Source of the DNA: Bacteroidales bacterium
GTDB taxonomy: Bacteria; Bacteroidota; Bacteroidia; Bacteroidales; UBA12077
Direction: 5' to 3'
Assembly: GCA_021740225.1 (NCBI GenBank)
Contig: JAIPAF010000003.1
Location: 1-37,330 of the forward strand
Length of the DNA: 37,330 nt
A program made the position numbers and the translations under genes. This document shows positions 1-8,466 of the stretch, in pieces. The notes beneath the pieces are model-generated. The model did no database searches. It was not told where the DNA came from and saw nothing but the letters and a program-made list of their open reading frames with translations. Position 1 is the stretch's first letter, and the number at the start of each line of letters is the position of its first letter.

Positions 1-136
1 ATTCTAAAAGGTGATTTATAACAGGTTGATAATTCTAAAAAGAATTTGATAAATTTACCCTCCCGGTAAGAATAAGGGAAAATCCAAATAAAAATAAATT
101 AATAAATGTTGTAAAAATATAATAATAAACTAATTA

Positions 137-144
137 AAGGAGGT
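137..144 (+). promoter_or_regulatory. Shine-Dalgarno sequence AAGGAGGT of the first CDS
   Basis: taattaAAGGAGGTaatATG; full anti-SD complement ending 3 nt before ATG 148. Confidence 0.6.
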
Positions 145-147
145 AAT

Positions 148-1371
148 ATGGCACTCAATAAATTAAACGGCATTCTCTATAACAATGTTAAACAGCTTGA
201 AGAAGAGGGAAGGGCAAAAGGAAAAGAGAAAGTCATCACCGGGATCATCAGGCCGAAAGACGGGAGAGGAACCCGGTATATTCTGGAAGGTTATGGCAAT
301 AAGGAATTTGTCAGGATGAACTCAAACGCCTACCTGGGATTGTCGCTTCGAAGCGACATGATTGAAACCGAAGAGCAGGGAGCGAGAGAATTCGGCGTAG
401 GTCCCGGGGCAGTACGATTCATCAACGGAACCTACAAATCTCACATAGAATTGGAAAAGCGACTTGCAGAATTTCATTCACGAGAGGAAGGGATGATTTT
501 CAGTTCGGCTTACGCCACCAGCCTGGGCGTGATCTATCCACTAACAACAAAAGAAACCATTCTGATCAGCGATGAGCTCAATCACAACTGCATCATCAAT
601 GCCATCCGGCTTAGCAAACCGGCAGGCAAAGAAATCTACTCACACAACAACATGGATGAGCTGGAAAATGCTCTTGAGCAAAGTGTCGGAAAAGGCAAAC
701 GGGTCCTGGTTGTTACCGACGGTATCTTCAGTATGCGCGGTGACCATGCGCCCCTGGATAAACTGGTGGAATTGTGCGAAAAATACAATGACCGGTTCGA
801 GGAAGGGGTCATCTCTGTTGTTGACGATTCCCACGGCGTTGGAGCATTCGGAGCATCCGGCAGAGGCGTGGAAGAATATACCGGAACAAAGGTAGATATA
901 TTGATCGGTACACTTGGAAAAGCATTTGGTGTTAACGGCGGATATGTGGTTTCCTCATCCGATGTAATCACCTACCTGAGGGAAACAGCTCCCACCTATG
1001 TTTACTCCAATCCCATTACAGTTTCAGAAACAGAAGCAGCCAAAAAAGCCCTCGATATAGTTGACTCGGAAGAGGGAAAGAAAATATTGGAACACCTCAG
1101 GGCAATGACCAAGCGTTTCGAAAACGGCTTGAAAGATGCCGGTTTTGAGACGATTGAAGGCGAACATCCGGTAGTTCCATTAATGGTAAGGGATACCCAA
1201 AAAACCAAAAAGATGGTAGCCTACCTGAATGAAAACGGGATTCTGGCCACCGGCTTAAGCTATCCGGTAGTGCCCATAGGCGATGAAGAAATCCGGTTCC
1301 AGATTGCAGCCGACCATACGGAAAAAGATATCGATTATGTGTTGAATGTTTTGAAGAATTATATGGGATAA
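148..1371 (+). CDS. kbl: PLP-dependent alpha-oxoamine synthase family enzyme (2-amino-3-ketobutyrate CoA ligase / 8-amino-7-oxononanoate synthase-like)
   Basis: 407 aa; NSNAYLGL, GVGPGAVRFINGT, SDELNH, TDGIFSMRGD, VDDSHGVG, PLP-lysine motif GTLGKAFG, IRFQ..A.HT. Family is secure; kbl versus bioF is less certain. Confidence 0.75.
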   Translation: MALNKLNGILYNNVKQLEEEGRAKGKEKVITGIIRPKDGRGTRYILEGYGNKEFVRMNSNAYLGLSLRSDMIETEEQGAREFGVGPGAVRFINGTYKSHIELEKRLAEFHSREEGMIFSSAYATSLGVIYPLTTKETILISDELNHNCIINAIRLSKPAGKEIYSHNNMDELENALEQSVGKGKRVLVVTDGIFSMRGDHAPLDKLVELCEKYNDRFEEGVISVVDDSHGVGAFGASGRGVEEYTGTKVDILIGTLGKAFGVNGGYVVSSSDVITYLRETAPTYVYSNPITVSETEAAKKALDIVDSEEGKKILEHLRAMTKRFENGLKDAGFETIEGEHPVVPLMVRDTQKTKKMVAYLNENGILATGLSYPVVPIGDEEIRFQIAADHTEKDIDYVLNVLKNYMG

Positions 1372-1532
1372 TTCTGAACCATGTTAACAGTAAAAATGAT
1401 GTTGATGAATGGAATAATCTCACATCTACCCAGCAAAAAGGATTAAAGGAAAGTCATAAACAATTGGATAATAATGAAGGGATATCGCATAATCAGGTGA
1501 TGGAAAATAGTAGAAAAAAGTATAATGGCTGA
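1353..1532 (+). pseudogene. 5'-truncated type II antitoxin (addiction-module component) remnant
   Basis: Manual translation: EELYGIILNHVNSKNDVDEWNNLTSTQQKGLKESHKQLDNNEGISHNQVMENSRKKYNG*, resembling small Bacteroidota antitoxins upstream of ParE. No start codon back to the in-frame TGA at 1284; the stop overlaps the toxin ATG at 1525. Confidence 0.65.
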
Positions 1533-1819
1533 AATAATATGGGGCCCCTCTTGCTAAAGAAGATCTGGAAAACATCCCCTACCTTAATGATAAATGGAGT
1601 GCTCGAACAGTCATTCAATTTCTTGATAAGATAGATCATATTACCCATCAAATCAAAACTAATCCATATCAATATCCGCACATCAATAAAGATTTGGGAA
1701 TTCGTAAATGTGTTATTACAAAACACAATATCCTCTTTTACCGGATCTATAATAACAATATTGAAGTTTTACGGGTATATGATGTCAGGCAAAATCCAAA
1801 TGATTTAAAGTTCAAATAA
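1525..1819 (+). pseudogene. parE: RelE/ParE-family toxin, frameshifted
   Basis: ATG1525 MAEIIW, then one extra G in GGGG 1541-1544, then APLAKEDLENIPYLNDKWSARTVIQFLDKIDHITHQIKTNPYQYPHINKDLGIRKCVITKHNILFYRIYNNNIEVLRVYDVRQNPNDLKFK*, a typical ParE pattern (W..LA..DL..I, NP..YP, RKCVI.KHN.L.YR, D.RQNP). As written it stops at TAA 1555-1557. Confidence 0.8.
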
Positions 1820-1859
1820 ACTCATTATAAAACCTTTTCTTTAGTTTTATGCAAATGTC

Positions 1860-1867
1860 TATATTTG
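1860..1867 (+). promoter_or_regulatory. Bacteroidota -7 promoter element (TATATTTG) for gltX
   Basis: Exact TAnnTTTG match ending 24 nt before ATG 1892. Confidence 0.6.
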
Positions 1868-1891
1868 CGCATAAAACAAAAAACAAATGAT

Positions 1892-3436
1892 ATGGCTCAA
1901 TCAGATATAAGGGTACGTTTTGCACCGAGTCCCACGGGACCACTTCATATGGGCGGAGTAAGAACTGCACTGTATAATTACTTGTTTGCGCGAAAACATA
2001 AAGGAACATTTGTTCTCAGAGTCGAGGATACCGATAGAACCCGTTATGTAGAGGGTGCAGAACAATACATCATAGATGCACTGAACTGGTGTGGACTCAG
2101 TTATGACGAGGGTGTGGATAAAGGCGGCGACTACGGCCCTTACAGGCAATCAGAACGCAGCATGCTTTACCGGCAATATGCGGAAAAGATGGTGCAGGAA
2201 GGAACCGCCTACTATGCCTTTGATACAAGTGAAGAACTGGAAGCCATGCGGGAAAGACTTAAACAGCAGAAAAGCGACATCCAGCAATACAACGCAGTAA
2301 CCCGTGGCGACATGAGAAATTCACTCACGCTTTCCCGGGAAGAAGTCAATGAATTGATCAATAAAAATGAGCCATATGTGATCCGATTCAAAATGCCGGA
2401 AGATCAGCACATTGCGGTCAATGACCTGATCCGTGGCGAAGTGGAGGTAAACACCAATCAGCTTGACGATAAAATACTGTTCAAATCCGACGGCATGCCT
2501 ACTTATCATCTGGCCAATGTGGTAGACGATCGTGAGATGAAGATCAGCCATGTGATCCGTGGCGAAGAATGGCTGCCCTCCCTCCCGCTCCATTTTTTAC
2601 TTTACGAAGCGCTCGGATGGAAAGAGGAGATGCCCGTTTTTGCTCATTTGCCGTTAATATTAAACCCCAGTGGTAAAGGGAAGCTCAGCAAACGCGACGG
2701 GAAAAAACAGGGATTCCCTGTTTTTCCCATGCAATGGACAGATCCTGAAACCGGCGAAACATTCAAAGGATATAAGGAATGGGGATACCTGCCTGAGGCA
2801 TTTATCAACATCCTGGCCTTTCTGGGATGGAATCCCGGCACCGATCGCGAGCTCTATACACTTGACGAGCTGATAGAAGCCTTCGAACTGGAAAAGGTTG
2901 GCAAAGCAGGGTCTAAGTTCGATCCGGACAAAGCCAAATGGTTCAACCATCAATACCTGATGAAAAAGTCGGACAATGAGCTGGCCATGCTTTTCATGCC
3001 CGTATTAAAAAAGAAAGGATATGAACCTCCCTTTGAATTTGTCAGGGAAGTCTGCAGTCTTGTGAAGGAAAGGGTTTACCTCATTAATGAAATATGGGAT
3101 CACTCGTTCTTCTTCTTTCAACCTCCCGAGAAATACGATCAAAAGATGGTTAAAAAGAAATGGAAGGAACACACCCCGGAATTGCTGAATGAACTCAAGG
3201 AAAGACTAAAAGCCCTGGATGAATTTCAAGCAGATATCATCAAGGATACAGTAAAGAAGCTCACCCAGGAAAAAGAAGTGGGTATGGGACAGGTCATGCT
3301 GCCCCTGCGCATTTCCCTTGTAGGAACAGGAATGGGACCGGACGTAGCCAAGATCATAGAAATGATCGGCAAAGAAGAAACGATCAGGAGGATAGAGAAG
3401 GCGGTGGAAAATATTAACACAGGGAATGCTTCTTAA
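1892..3436 (+). CDS. gltX: Glutamate--tRNA ligase
   Basis: RVRFAPSPTGPLHMGG (HIGH-type), RVEDTD, HVIRGEEW, KLSKR (KMSKS-type). Start moved from TTG 1865 to ATG 1892 because 1865 lies inside the promoter box. Confidence 0.97.
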   Translation: MAQSDIRVRFAPSPTGPLHMGGVRTALYNYLFARKHKGTFVLRVEDTDRTRYVEGAEQYIIDALNWCGLSYDEGVDKGGDYGPYRQSERSMLYRQYAEKMVQEGTAYYAFDTSEELEAMRERLKQQKSDIQQYNAVTRGDMRNSLTLSREEVNELINKNEPYVIRFKMPEDQHIAVNDLIRGEVEVNTNQLDDKILFKSDGMPTYHLANVVDDREMKISHVIRGEEWLPSLPLHFLLYEALGWKEEMPVFAHLPLILNPSGKGKLSKRDGKKQGFPVFPMQWTDPETGETFKGYKEWGYLPEAFINILAFLGWNPGTDRELYTLDELIEAFELEKVGKAGSKFDPDKAKWFNHQYLMKKSDNELAMLFMPVLKKKGYEPPFEFVREVCSLVKERVYLINEIWDHSFFFFQPPEKYDQKMVKKKWKEHTPELLNELKERLKALDEFQADIIKDTVKKLTQEKEVGMGQVMLPLRISLVGTGMGPDVAKIIEMIGKEETIRRIEKAVENINTGNAS

Positions 3437-3628
3437 GGAGGATTTTGCTGGAAAAGCATACAATCAAGGAGGTAAACATTCATTAGCTTAACAGTTTATT
3501 AAAGGCTTGAATTTCAAATATATTTATATGCCAATTCAAAAACGCTGCCTGTATCATGCAAAATATAAATGATGCAAAAGTAGGGATTGAATGCATAAAA
3601 CCTTGTTAAATCTTTTCCAAAAATAAAT

Positions 3629-3682
3629 CATATTTAAAAATTTTGGCTTAATTTTTGAACCATATTTAAAAATTTTGGCTTA
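3629..3682 (+). repeat. Perfect 22-bp direct repeat x2 (CATATTTAAAAATTTTGGCTTA), 32-bp period
   Basis: Copies at 3629-3650 and 3661-3682, ending 25 nt upstream of the AAA+ ATPase start. Confidence 0.9.
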
Positions 3683-3707
3683 GCCTTTCAACAAATAAAA
3701 TATTATC

Positions 3708-4841
3708 ATGTATTCTAGAGATATAGAACTTCTAATCAAGAAATATTTAAACAGTAAGGAAATCATCATCATCTATGGTGCTCGCCAAACGGGTAAAACT
3801 ACCCTGTTAAACAAAATGTTCTCTGGTGATCAAGATGCATTGATCCTCAATTGCGAAAGGCCCGATATAAAAGATGTATTGGAAAATATGGATCTCAGCC
3901 AATATCGCTTATTATTCCGGAACAAAAAAGTGATTGCCCTTGATGAGGCCCAAACAATACAAAATATAGGCAAAATCCTGAAAATAATATATGATTCTCC
4001 TGAATTTAATCATAAGATCATTGCAACAGGTTCAAGTAGTTTTGATCTTGCCGGTAAGATTTCTGAACCCCTAACCGGAAGGAACATCAAATTCAGGATA
4101 TTTCAGTTATCATATAATGAAATTGCTGAAAACAAATCATGGTTGTGGTGCATGGAAAATATGGAAGAACTCCTAATATACGGATCTTATCCTGGTATAA
4201 TAGACAAACCAATAACAGAAAAAGAATTAATGCTTAGCAACTTAGCCTCCGATTATTTGTATAAGGACATATTTGAACTGGAACAGATCAGAAATCATAG
4301 TATTTTGAGAAAGCTGGTCAAAGCCCTTTCCTGGCAAATCGGTTCGCAGGTGTCATACAATGAAATTGCCAATATGATTGGTACTTCAATGAAAACGGTT
4401 GAAAAATATATTGACCTTCTTGAAAAATCATTTGTGGTATTCGGACTATCATCATTTAACAAAAACCTGCGGAATGAAATAAAAAAAAGCAGGAAGTACT
4501 ATTTTTACGACAATGGTATAAGAAATGCCGCGATAAGCAACTTTTCATCTCTTACAAACAGACAGGACAAAGGTGCTTTATGGGAAAATTTTTGCATGAG
4601 CGAAAGAATAAAATACAATTCAATCCATAATCCTTTGGTAAATGTATTCTTTTGGAGAACTTACGACGGTGGGGAGATTGATTTGGTTGAAGAAAAAAAT
4701 GAAAGGATATATGCATTCGAATTCAAATATAACCCGAAATCAAAAGTTAAAATTCCGAAAAGTTTTGTCAATGCATACCATCCTCAATTGTCCCAAGTGG
4801 TTGCTTTGGAAAATGTTCATGAATTTCTGTTGAAGAGCTAA
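3708..4841 (+). CDS. AAA+ ATPase, COG1373 type (AAA_14 + DUF4143)
   Basis: Walker A GARQTGKT, Walker B ALDEAQ, ATGSSS, LTGR, YGSYP, KYYFYDNGIRN, GALWENF, C-terminal FWRT...EIDLV...AFEFK (PD-(D/E)xK-like); visibly AT-rich. Confidence 0.9.
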   Translation: MYSRDIELLIKKYLNSKEIIIIYGARQTGKTTLLNKMFSGDQDALILNCERPDIKDVLENMDLSQYRLLFRNKKVIALDEAQTIQNIGKILKIIYDSPEFNHKIIATGSSSFDLAGKISEPLTGRNIKFRIFQLSYNEIAENKSWLWCMENMEELLIYGSYPGIIDKPITEKELMLSNLASDYLYKDIFELEQIRNHSILRKLVKALSWQIGSQVSYNEIANMIGTSMKTVEKYIDLLEKSFVVFGLSSFNKNLRNEIKKSRKYYFYDNGIRNAAISNFSSLTNRQDKGALWENFCMSERIKYNSIHNPLVNVFFWRTYDGGEIDLVEEKNERIYAFEFKYNPKSKVKIPKSFVNAYHPQLSQVVALENVHEFLLKS

Positions 4842-4866
4842 ATGAATGAATCCATTTTCCTCCAGG

Positions 4867-4986
4867 CTTTATTACCGACGATTTAAATCCCGGGACCAAT
4901 GATAATATGGACCTCGGTGGATAAATCGTATCACTGGCTTGCGATATTTCCCCGTAATTGTAGAGAAGTAGGCCGTACGTCCCTAC
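4867..4986 (-). pseudogene. Degraded internal fragment of a REP-associated tyrosine (Y1/RAYT) transposase
   Basis: Minus-strand translation VGTYGLLLYNYGEISQASDTIYPPRSILSLVPGFKSSVIK resembles the RAYT segment P.S.SS.v.GFKS.vTK, which in such genes follows an in-gene REP palindrome. Confidence 0.45.
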
Positions 4987-4988
4987 AA
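4958..4988. repeat. GTAG-family REP-like palindrome
   Basis: TTGTAGAGAAGTA-GGCCG-TACGTCCCTACAA; 11/13 arm complementarity; lies between the convergent AAA+ gene and glnS. Confidence 0.65.
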
Positions 4989-4997
4989 GACTATATT

Positions 4998-6752
4998 TTA
5001 TTTATTCTTCTGTTTGTTTTTCTGCTTTTTGGGTTGCTGTTTCTGTTGTTTTGCAATCTTGGCCCAGGTATCCTTCAGGGTAACGGTGCGGTTGAAAACA
5101 AGCTTTTTGTGGGGATCACAGTATCGGTCCACACAGAAGTAACCTTTGCGTTCAAACTGGAACTTATCCTCCGGTTTGGCATCTTTAATAAAAGGCTCCA
5201 GCATGCAATTTTCCAATATGTGAAGGGAATCGGGATTAAGATTTGCCCTGAAATCCTTTCTTTCTTCGTCTACTTTATCCGGATCTTCGGTCATGAAAAG
5301 CCGGTCGTACTGGCGTACCTCAACCGGTATGGCATGCTTTGCCGAAACCCAGTGCAGTGTTCCTTTAACTTTTCGGCCGTCAGGTGATTGACCTCCCCGG
5401 GATGACGGATCATAAGTACACCGAATTTCTGTAATTTCCCCGGATGCATCTTTTACAACATCTTCGCAGGTGATGAAATAAGCATAACGTAATCTTACTT
5501 CCCGGCCTGGTGCCAGACGGAAGAACTTTTTAGGCGGCTCTTCCATAAAATCATTGCGTTCGATGAAAATTTCACGGGAGAAAGGCACCTCTCTTTTTCC
5601 CATGCTTTCATCTTCGGGATTGTTCACAGCATCAAGCTCTTCTTCCTCATTCTCGGGGTAGTTGGTGATGACTACCTTTACCGGATCAAGAACACCCATC
5701 ACCCGCTGGGCTTTTTTATTAAGGTCTTCCCTAAGGCTGTTTTCAAGAAGCGCCATGTCAATGATATTATCTCGCTTGGCAATCCCCACTCTTTCAGAAA
5801 AATCCCGGATAGAAGCCGGAGTATATCCTCTTCTCCGTAAACCTGAAATGGTAGGCATTCTGGGATCGTCCCAGCCATCCACTGTACCATCTTCAACCAG
5901 TTGCAGCAGTTTCCTCTTGCTCATTACGGTATAACCCAGGTTCAGCCGGGCAAATTCTATTTGCCTCGGCCGGTAATCCCCTTCGGCAATATGATCAAGC
6001 AACCAGTCGTAAAGCGGCCGATGTACTTCAAATTCCATAGTGCACAAACTGTGAGTAATGCCTTCAATATAATCACACTGACCATGCGCCATATCATACA
6101 TGGGATAAATACACCACTCATCCCCGGTCCGGGGATGAGCCATGTGCCTGATCCTGTATAAAACCGGATCGCGCAGATGCATATTGGGCGAGCTCATATC
6201 AATTTTGGCCCTCAGCTGATAACGCCCCTCCGGAAATTCTCCTTCTTTCATTCGCCGGAAAAGATCCAGGTTCTCCTCAACCGGACGATCCCTATAAGGA
6301 CTTTCTTTGCCCGGCTCAGTAGGTGTGCCCCGGGAATTTTTGATCTCATCGGGAGTCATCTCACAAACAAAAGCCTTCCCCTGCTTGATCAGTTTTTCGG
6401 CAAATTCATACAGCCTCTCAAAATAATCGGAAGCATAATACTCTCTCCCCTCCCAGTCGAATCCAAGCCAATGAATGTCTTCCTTAATTGAATCAATATA
6501 TACCTGTTCCTCTTTCAAAGGATTGGTATCGTCAAAACGAAGATTGGTCTTCCCGTTATATTTCCCGGCCAGGCCAAAATTCAGACAAATGGATTTGGCA
6601 TGTCCTATATGTAAAAATCCGTTCGGTTCGGGGGGGAAACGGGTGTGGATCCGCCCTCCGTTTTTGTTTTTACTCAAATCTTCCTCAATGATCTGTTCTA
6701 TAAAATTCAAGGATTTCTTTTTTCCTTCCTCGTTTTTTTCATTATTTGCCAT
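4998..6752 (-). CDS. glnS: Glutamine--tRNA ligase
   Basis: [66 protein letters not shown]. Start likely ATG 6752 (the track gives 6773). Confidence 0.97.
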   Translation of the reverse strand: MANNEKNEEGKKKSLNFIEQIIEEDLSKNKNGGRIHTRFPPEPNGFLHIGHAKSICLNFGLAGKYNGKTNLRFDDTNPLKEEQVYIDSIKEDIHWLGFDWEGREYYASDYFERLYEFAEKLIKQGKAFVCEMTPDEIKNSRGTPTEPGKESPYRDRPVEENLDLFRRMKEGEFPEGRYQLRAKIDMSSPNMHLRDPVLYRIRHMAHPRTGDEWCIYPMYDMAHGQCDYIEGITHSLCTMEFEVHRPLYDWLLDHIAEGDYRPRQIEFARLNLGYTVMSKRKLLQLVEDGTVDGWDDPRMPTISGLRRRGYTPASIRDFSERVGIAKRDNIIDMALLENSLREDLNKKAQRVMGVLDPVKVVITNYPENEEEELDAVNNPEDESMGKREVPFSREIFIERNDFMEEPPKKFFRLAPGREVRLRYAYFITCEDVVKDASGEITEIRCTYDPSSRGGQSPDGRKVKGTLHWVSAKHAIPVEVRQYDRLFMTEDPDKVDEERKDFRANLNPDSLHILENCMLEPFIKDAKPEDKFQFERKGYFCVDRYCDPHKKLVFNRTVTLKDTWAKIAKQQKQQPKKQKNKQKNK

Positions 6753-6830
6753 GAGCTCAAAAGGTTTATTCATTCACCCGATAAGTAACTGTAGAAACAA
6801 AATGGTACTTAACGACCAAAAAAAGAATGT

Positions 6831-6858
6831 TAATTTTGTATCCAGTCGTACAAAAATA
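6831..6858. promoter_or_regulatory. Overlapping divergent -7 promoter boxes for folB (+) and glnS (-)
   Basis: TAATTTTG at 6831-6838 on +; CAAAAATA at 6851-6858 (= TATTTTTG on -). Confidence 0.55.
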
Positions 6859-6914
6859 TTTGATTTTATTGAATAAATCATTTACAGCATTATAAATCTT
6901 AATAATTTTTAGTT

Positions 6915-7265
6915 ATGGGAATGATTCAGCTCGAAGACATGGAATTTTACGCATTTCACGGTCATTTTAAAGAAGAACAGATCGTGGGAAACCGCTTTCT
7001 GGTGAACCTGACCATTCATACGGCCATGAAAAAACCGGCACAAAGTGATAACCTGAAAGACGCACTCAACTATCAAACCGCCTATGAAATCGTTAAAAAG
7101 GAGATGGAAGAAAAGTCGCACTTGCTGGAGCACATCGCAGGCCGGATCCTGGATATGCTCTACCATCATTTTGATACCATTGAAAAAGCTACGATCAAAG
7201 TATCAAAAATGAATCCTCCAACGGGAGGAAAAATGAAATGCGTGAGCGTAACCCTGGAGAAATAG
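6915..7265 (+). CDS. folB: Dihydroneopterin aldolase
   Basis: EFYAFHG...EEQIVGNRF, SDNLKDALNY, SHLLEHIA, KVSKMNPP. Confidence 0.95.
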   Translation: MGMIQLEDMEFYAFHGHFKEEQIVGNRFLVNLTIHTAMKKPAQSDNLKDALNYQTAYEIVKKEMEEKSHLLEHIAGRILDMLYHHFDTIEKATIKVSKMNPPTGGKMKCVSVTLEK

Positions 7266-7455
7266 TCTGATCAAAAAAGCTTCACGGGAATTGTGGTTTT
7301 TGTTAACATGGCATCTTAGCATATGAGTAGGAAAGGAAAGCCCTGAATAAATACAATGAACTAAAAGCAGGATTAGATAAAGCATAACTGTGTAGCTTGA
7401 CAGTTCGATATATTTTTCGTATCTTGTCTCCCTTTAATTAAATCGGTAGTTTATT

Positions 7456-7800
7456 ATGATTCAAGAATATGGTTTTGGGAAGATGGTTATTAACGGGGAA
7501 ACTTATGAACAGGACCTTATCATCACTAAAGATAAAGTCATACCGGACTGGTGGCGCAAAAAAGGCCACCAACTCCAGCTTGATGACCTCGAAGAAGTTC
7601 TGGAAAATTATAAGCCAGAAGTATTGGTTGTAGGGAAAGGCCAATTCGGCATGATGAGTATTGACAATAACATAACAAATTATTTACATGAGCACAATAT
7701 CTCCTTACAACACAAAAAAACCGGGAAAGCAGTTCAGATTTTCAACAAATTGTATCATGAAGGGAAAAACGTAGTCGGAGCCTTTCACCTCACCTGTTGA
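7456..7800 (+). CDS. Mth938-like domain protein (DUF498/DUF598)
   Basis: I..YGFG...I.G..Y..D.II, WWRKKGH, PEVLVVG.G..G.M, T..AV..FN, GAFHLTC. Confidence 0.88.
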   Translation: MIQEYGFGKMVINGETYEQDLIITKDKVIPDWWRKKGHQLQLDDLEEVLENYKPEVLVVGKGQFGMMSIDNNITNYLHEHNISLQHKKTGKAVQIFNKLYHEGKNVVGAFHLTC

Positions 7801-7855
7801 TGAGAAAAAAATCCCATAGCAATTTGTCTTTTTTTTATCACTTTCAAACGGGGTT

Positions 7856-8458
7856 ATGAAAAAAACAATCCTTATTATAGTGCTCACAGGTTTTATGCTT
7901 CCAGTACTAGCACAGCGTTTTCACGGAGGTGCTATGCTGGGTCTGGCAGCAACACAAATAGACGGTGATAACCTCGGGGGATATAACAAACCGGGCATTC
8001 GGGGAGGAGGATGGGTCAATACCCCCGTTTCCGAAAGCCTCGTCATGCAATTGGAACTGGAATTCATACAAAAAGGCAGCAAAGTTTCCCAGAACGAACT
8101 TAAAAATAAAGAGTATTATCATGCCCGGCTGAATTACCTCCAGGCTCCCGTATTGGTTCAAACATCATTAATGACCAGACTAACCGGTGAGGCAGGAATC
8201 GCAGGAGCTTACCTGGTTGCTTCATTGGAAGATGATGATGGGGGTGGTTTTATTGAAGCTGATCCTCCCTTTGACCAATTTGAATTATCAGGATTACTGG
8301 GACTGAACTACGAGTTAAGCGAACACTTCATTGCCAATGTCCGGTTCAACTATTCCCTGCTTCCCGTGAGGCCACACCCGGGCAATCAATCTTATTGGCT
8401 CGACAGGGGGCAATTCAACAATGCCATGCTGTTTTCGCTGTATTACCGAATTGACTGA
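7856..8458 (+). CDS. Outer membrane beta-barrel (porin/PorT-like) protein
   Basis: Signal peptide MKKTILIIVLTGFMLPVLAQ; QIDGD..GGYNK.G, ELEFIQKGS, LNYLQAP; aromatic amphipathic C-terminal strand. Confidence 0.75.
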   Translation: MKKTILIIVLTGFMLPVLAQRFHGGAMLGLAATQIDGDNLGGYNKPGIRGGGWVNTPVSESLVMQLELEFIQKGSKVSQNELKNKEYYHARLNYLQAPVLVQTSLMTRLTGEAGIAGAYLVASLEDDDGGGFIEADPPFDQFELSGLLGLNYELSEHFIANVRFNYSLLPVRPHPGNQSYWLDRGQFNNAMLFSLYYRID

Positions 8459-8466
8459 GGGAACAT

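Noticed and set aside
1493-1726. 77-aa minus-strand ORF in the kbl-gltX gap
   Set aside because: Better explained as the antisense of the frameshifted parE on +
3434-3475. Two AAGGAGG motifs after gltX
   Set aside because: Neither is followed by a suitably spaced start of a credible ORF
3575-3582. Minus-strand TACTTTTG box pointing antisense into gltX
   Set aside because: Short motif expected by chance in AT-rich DNA; no credible downstream gene
3629-3682. 22-bp repeats as a mini-CRISPR
   Set aside because: Only two copies and a 10-bp spacer, far too short
4899-5387. 162-aa plus-strand ORF with a hydrophobic stretch
   Set aside because: Antisense shadow of glnS; the hydrophobic run is the reverse complement of the Lys/Gln tail
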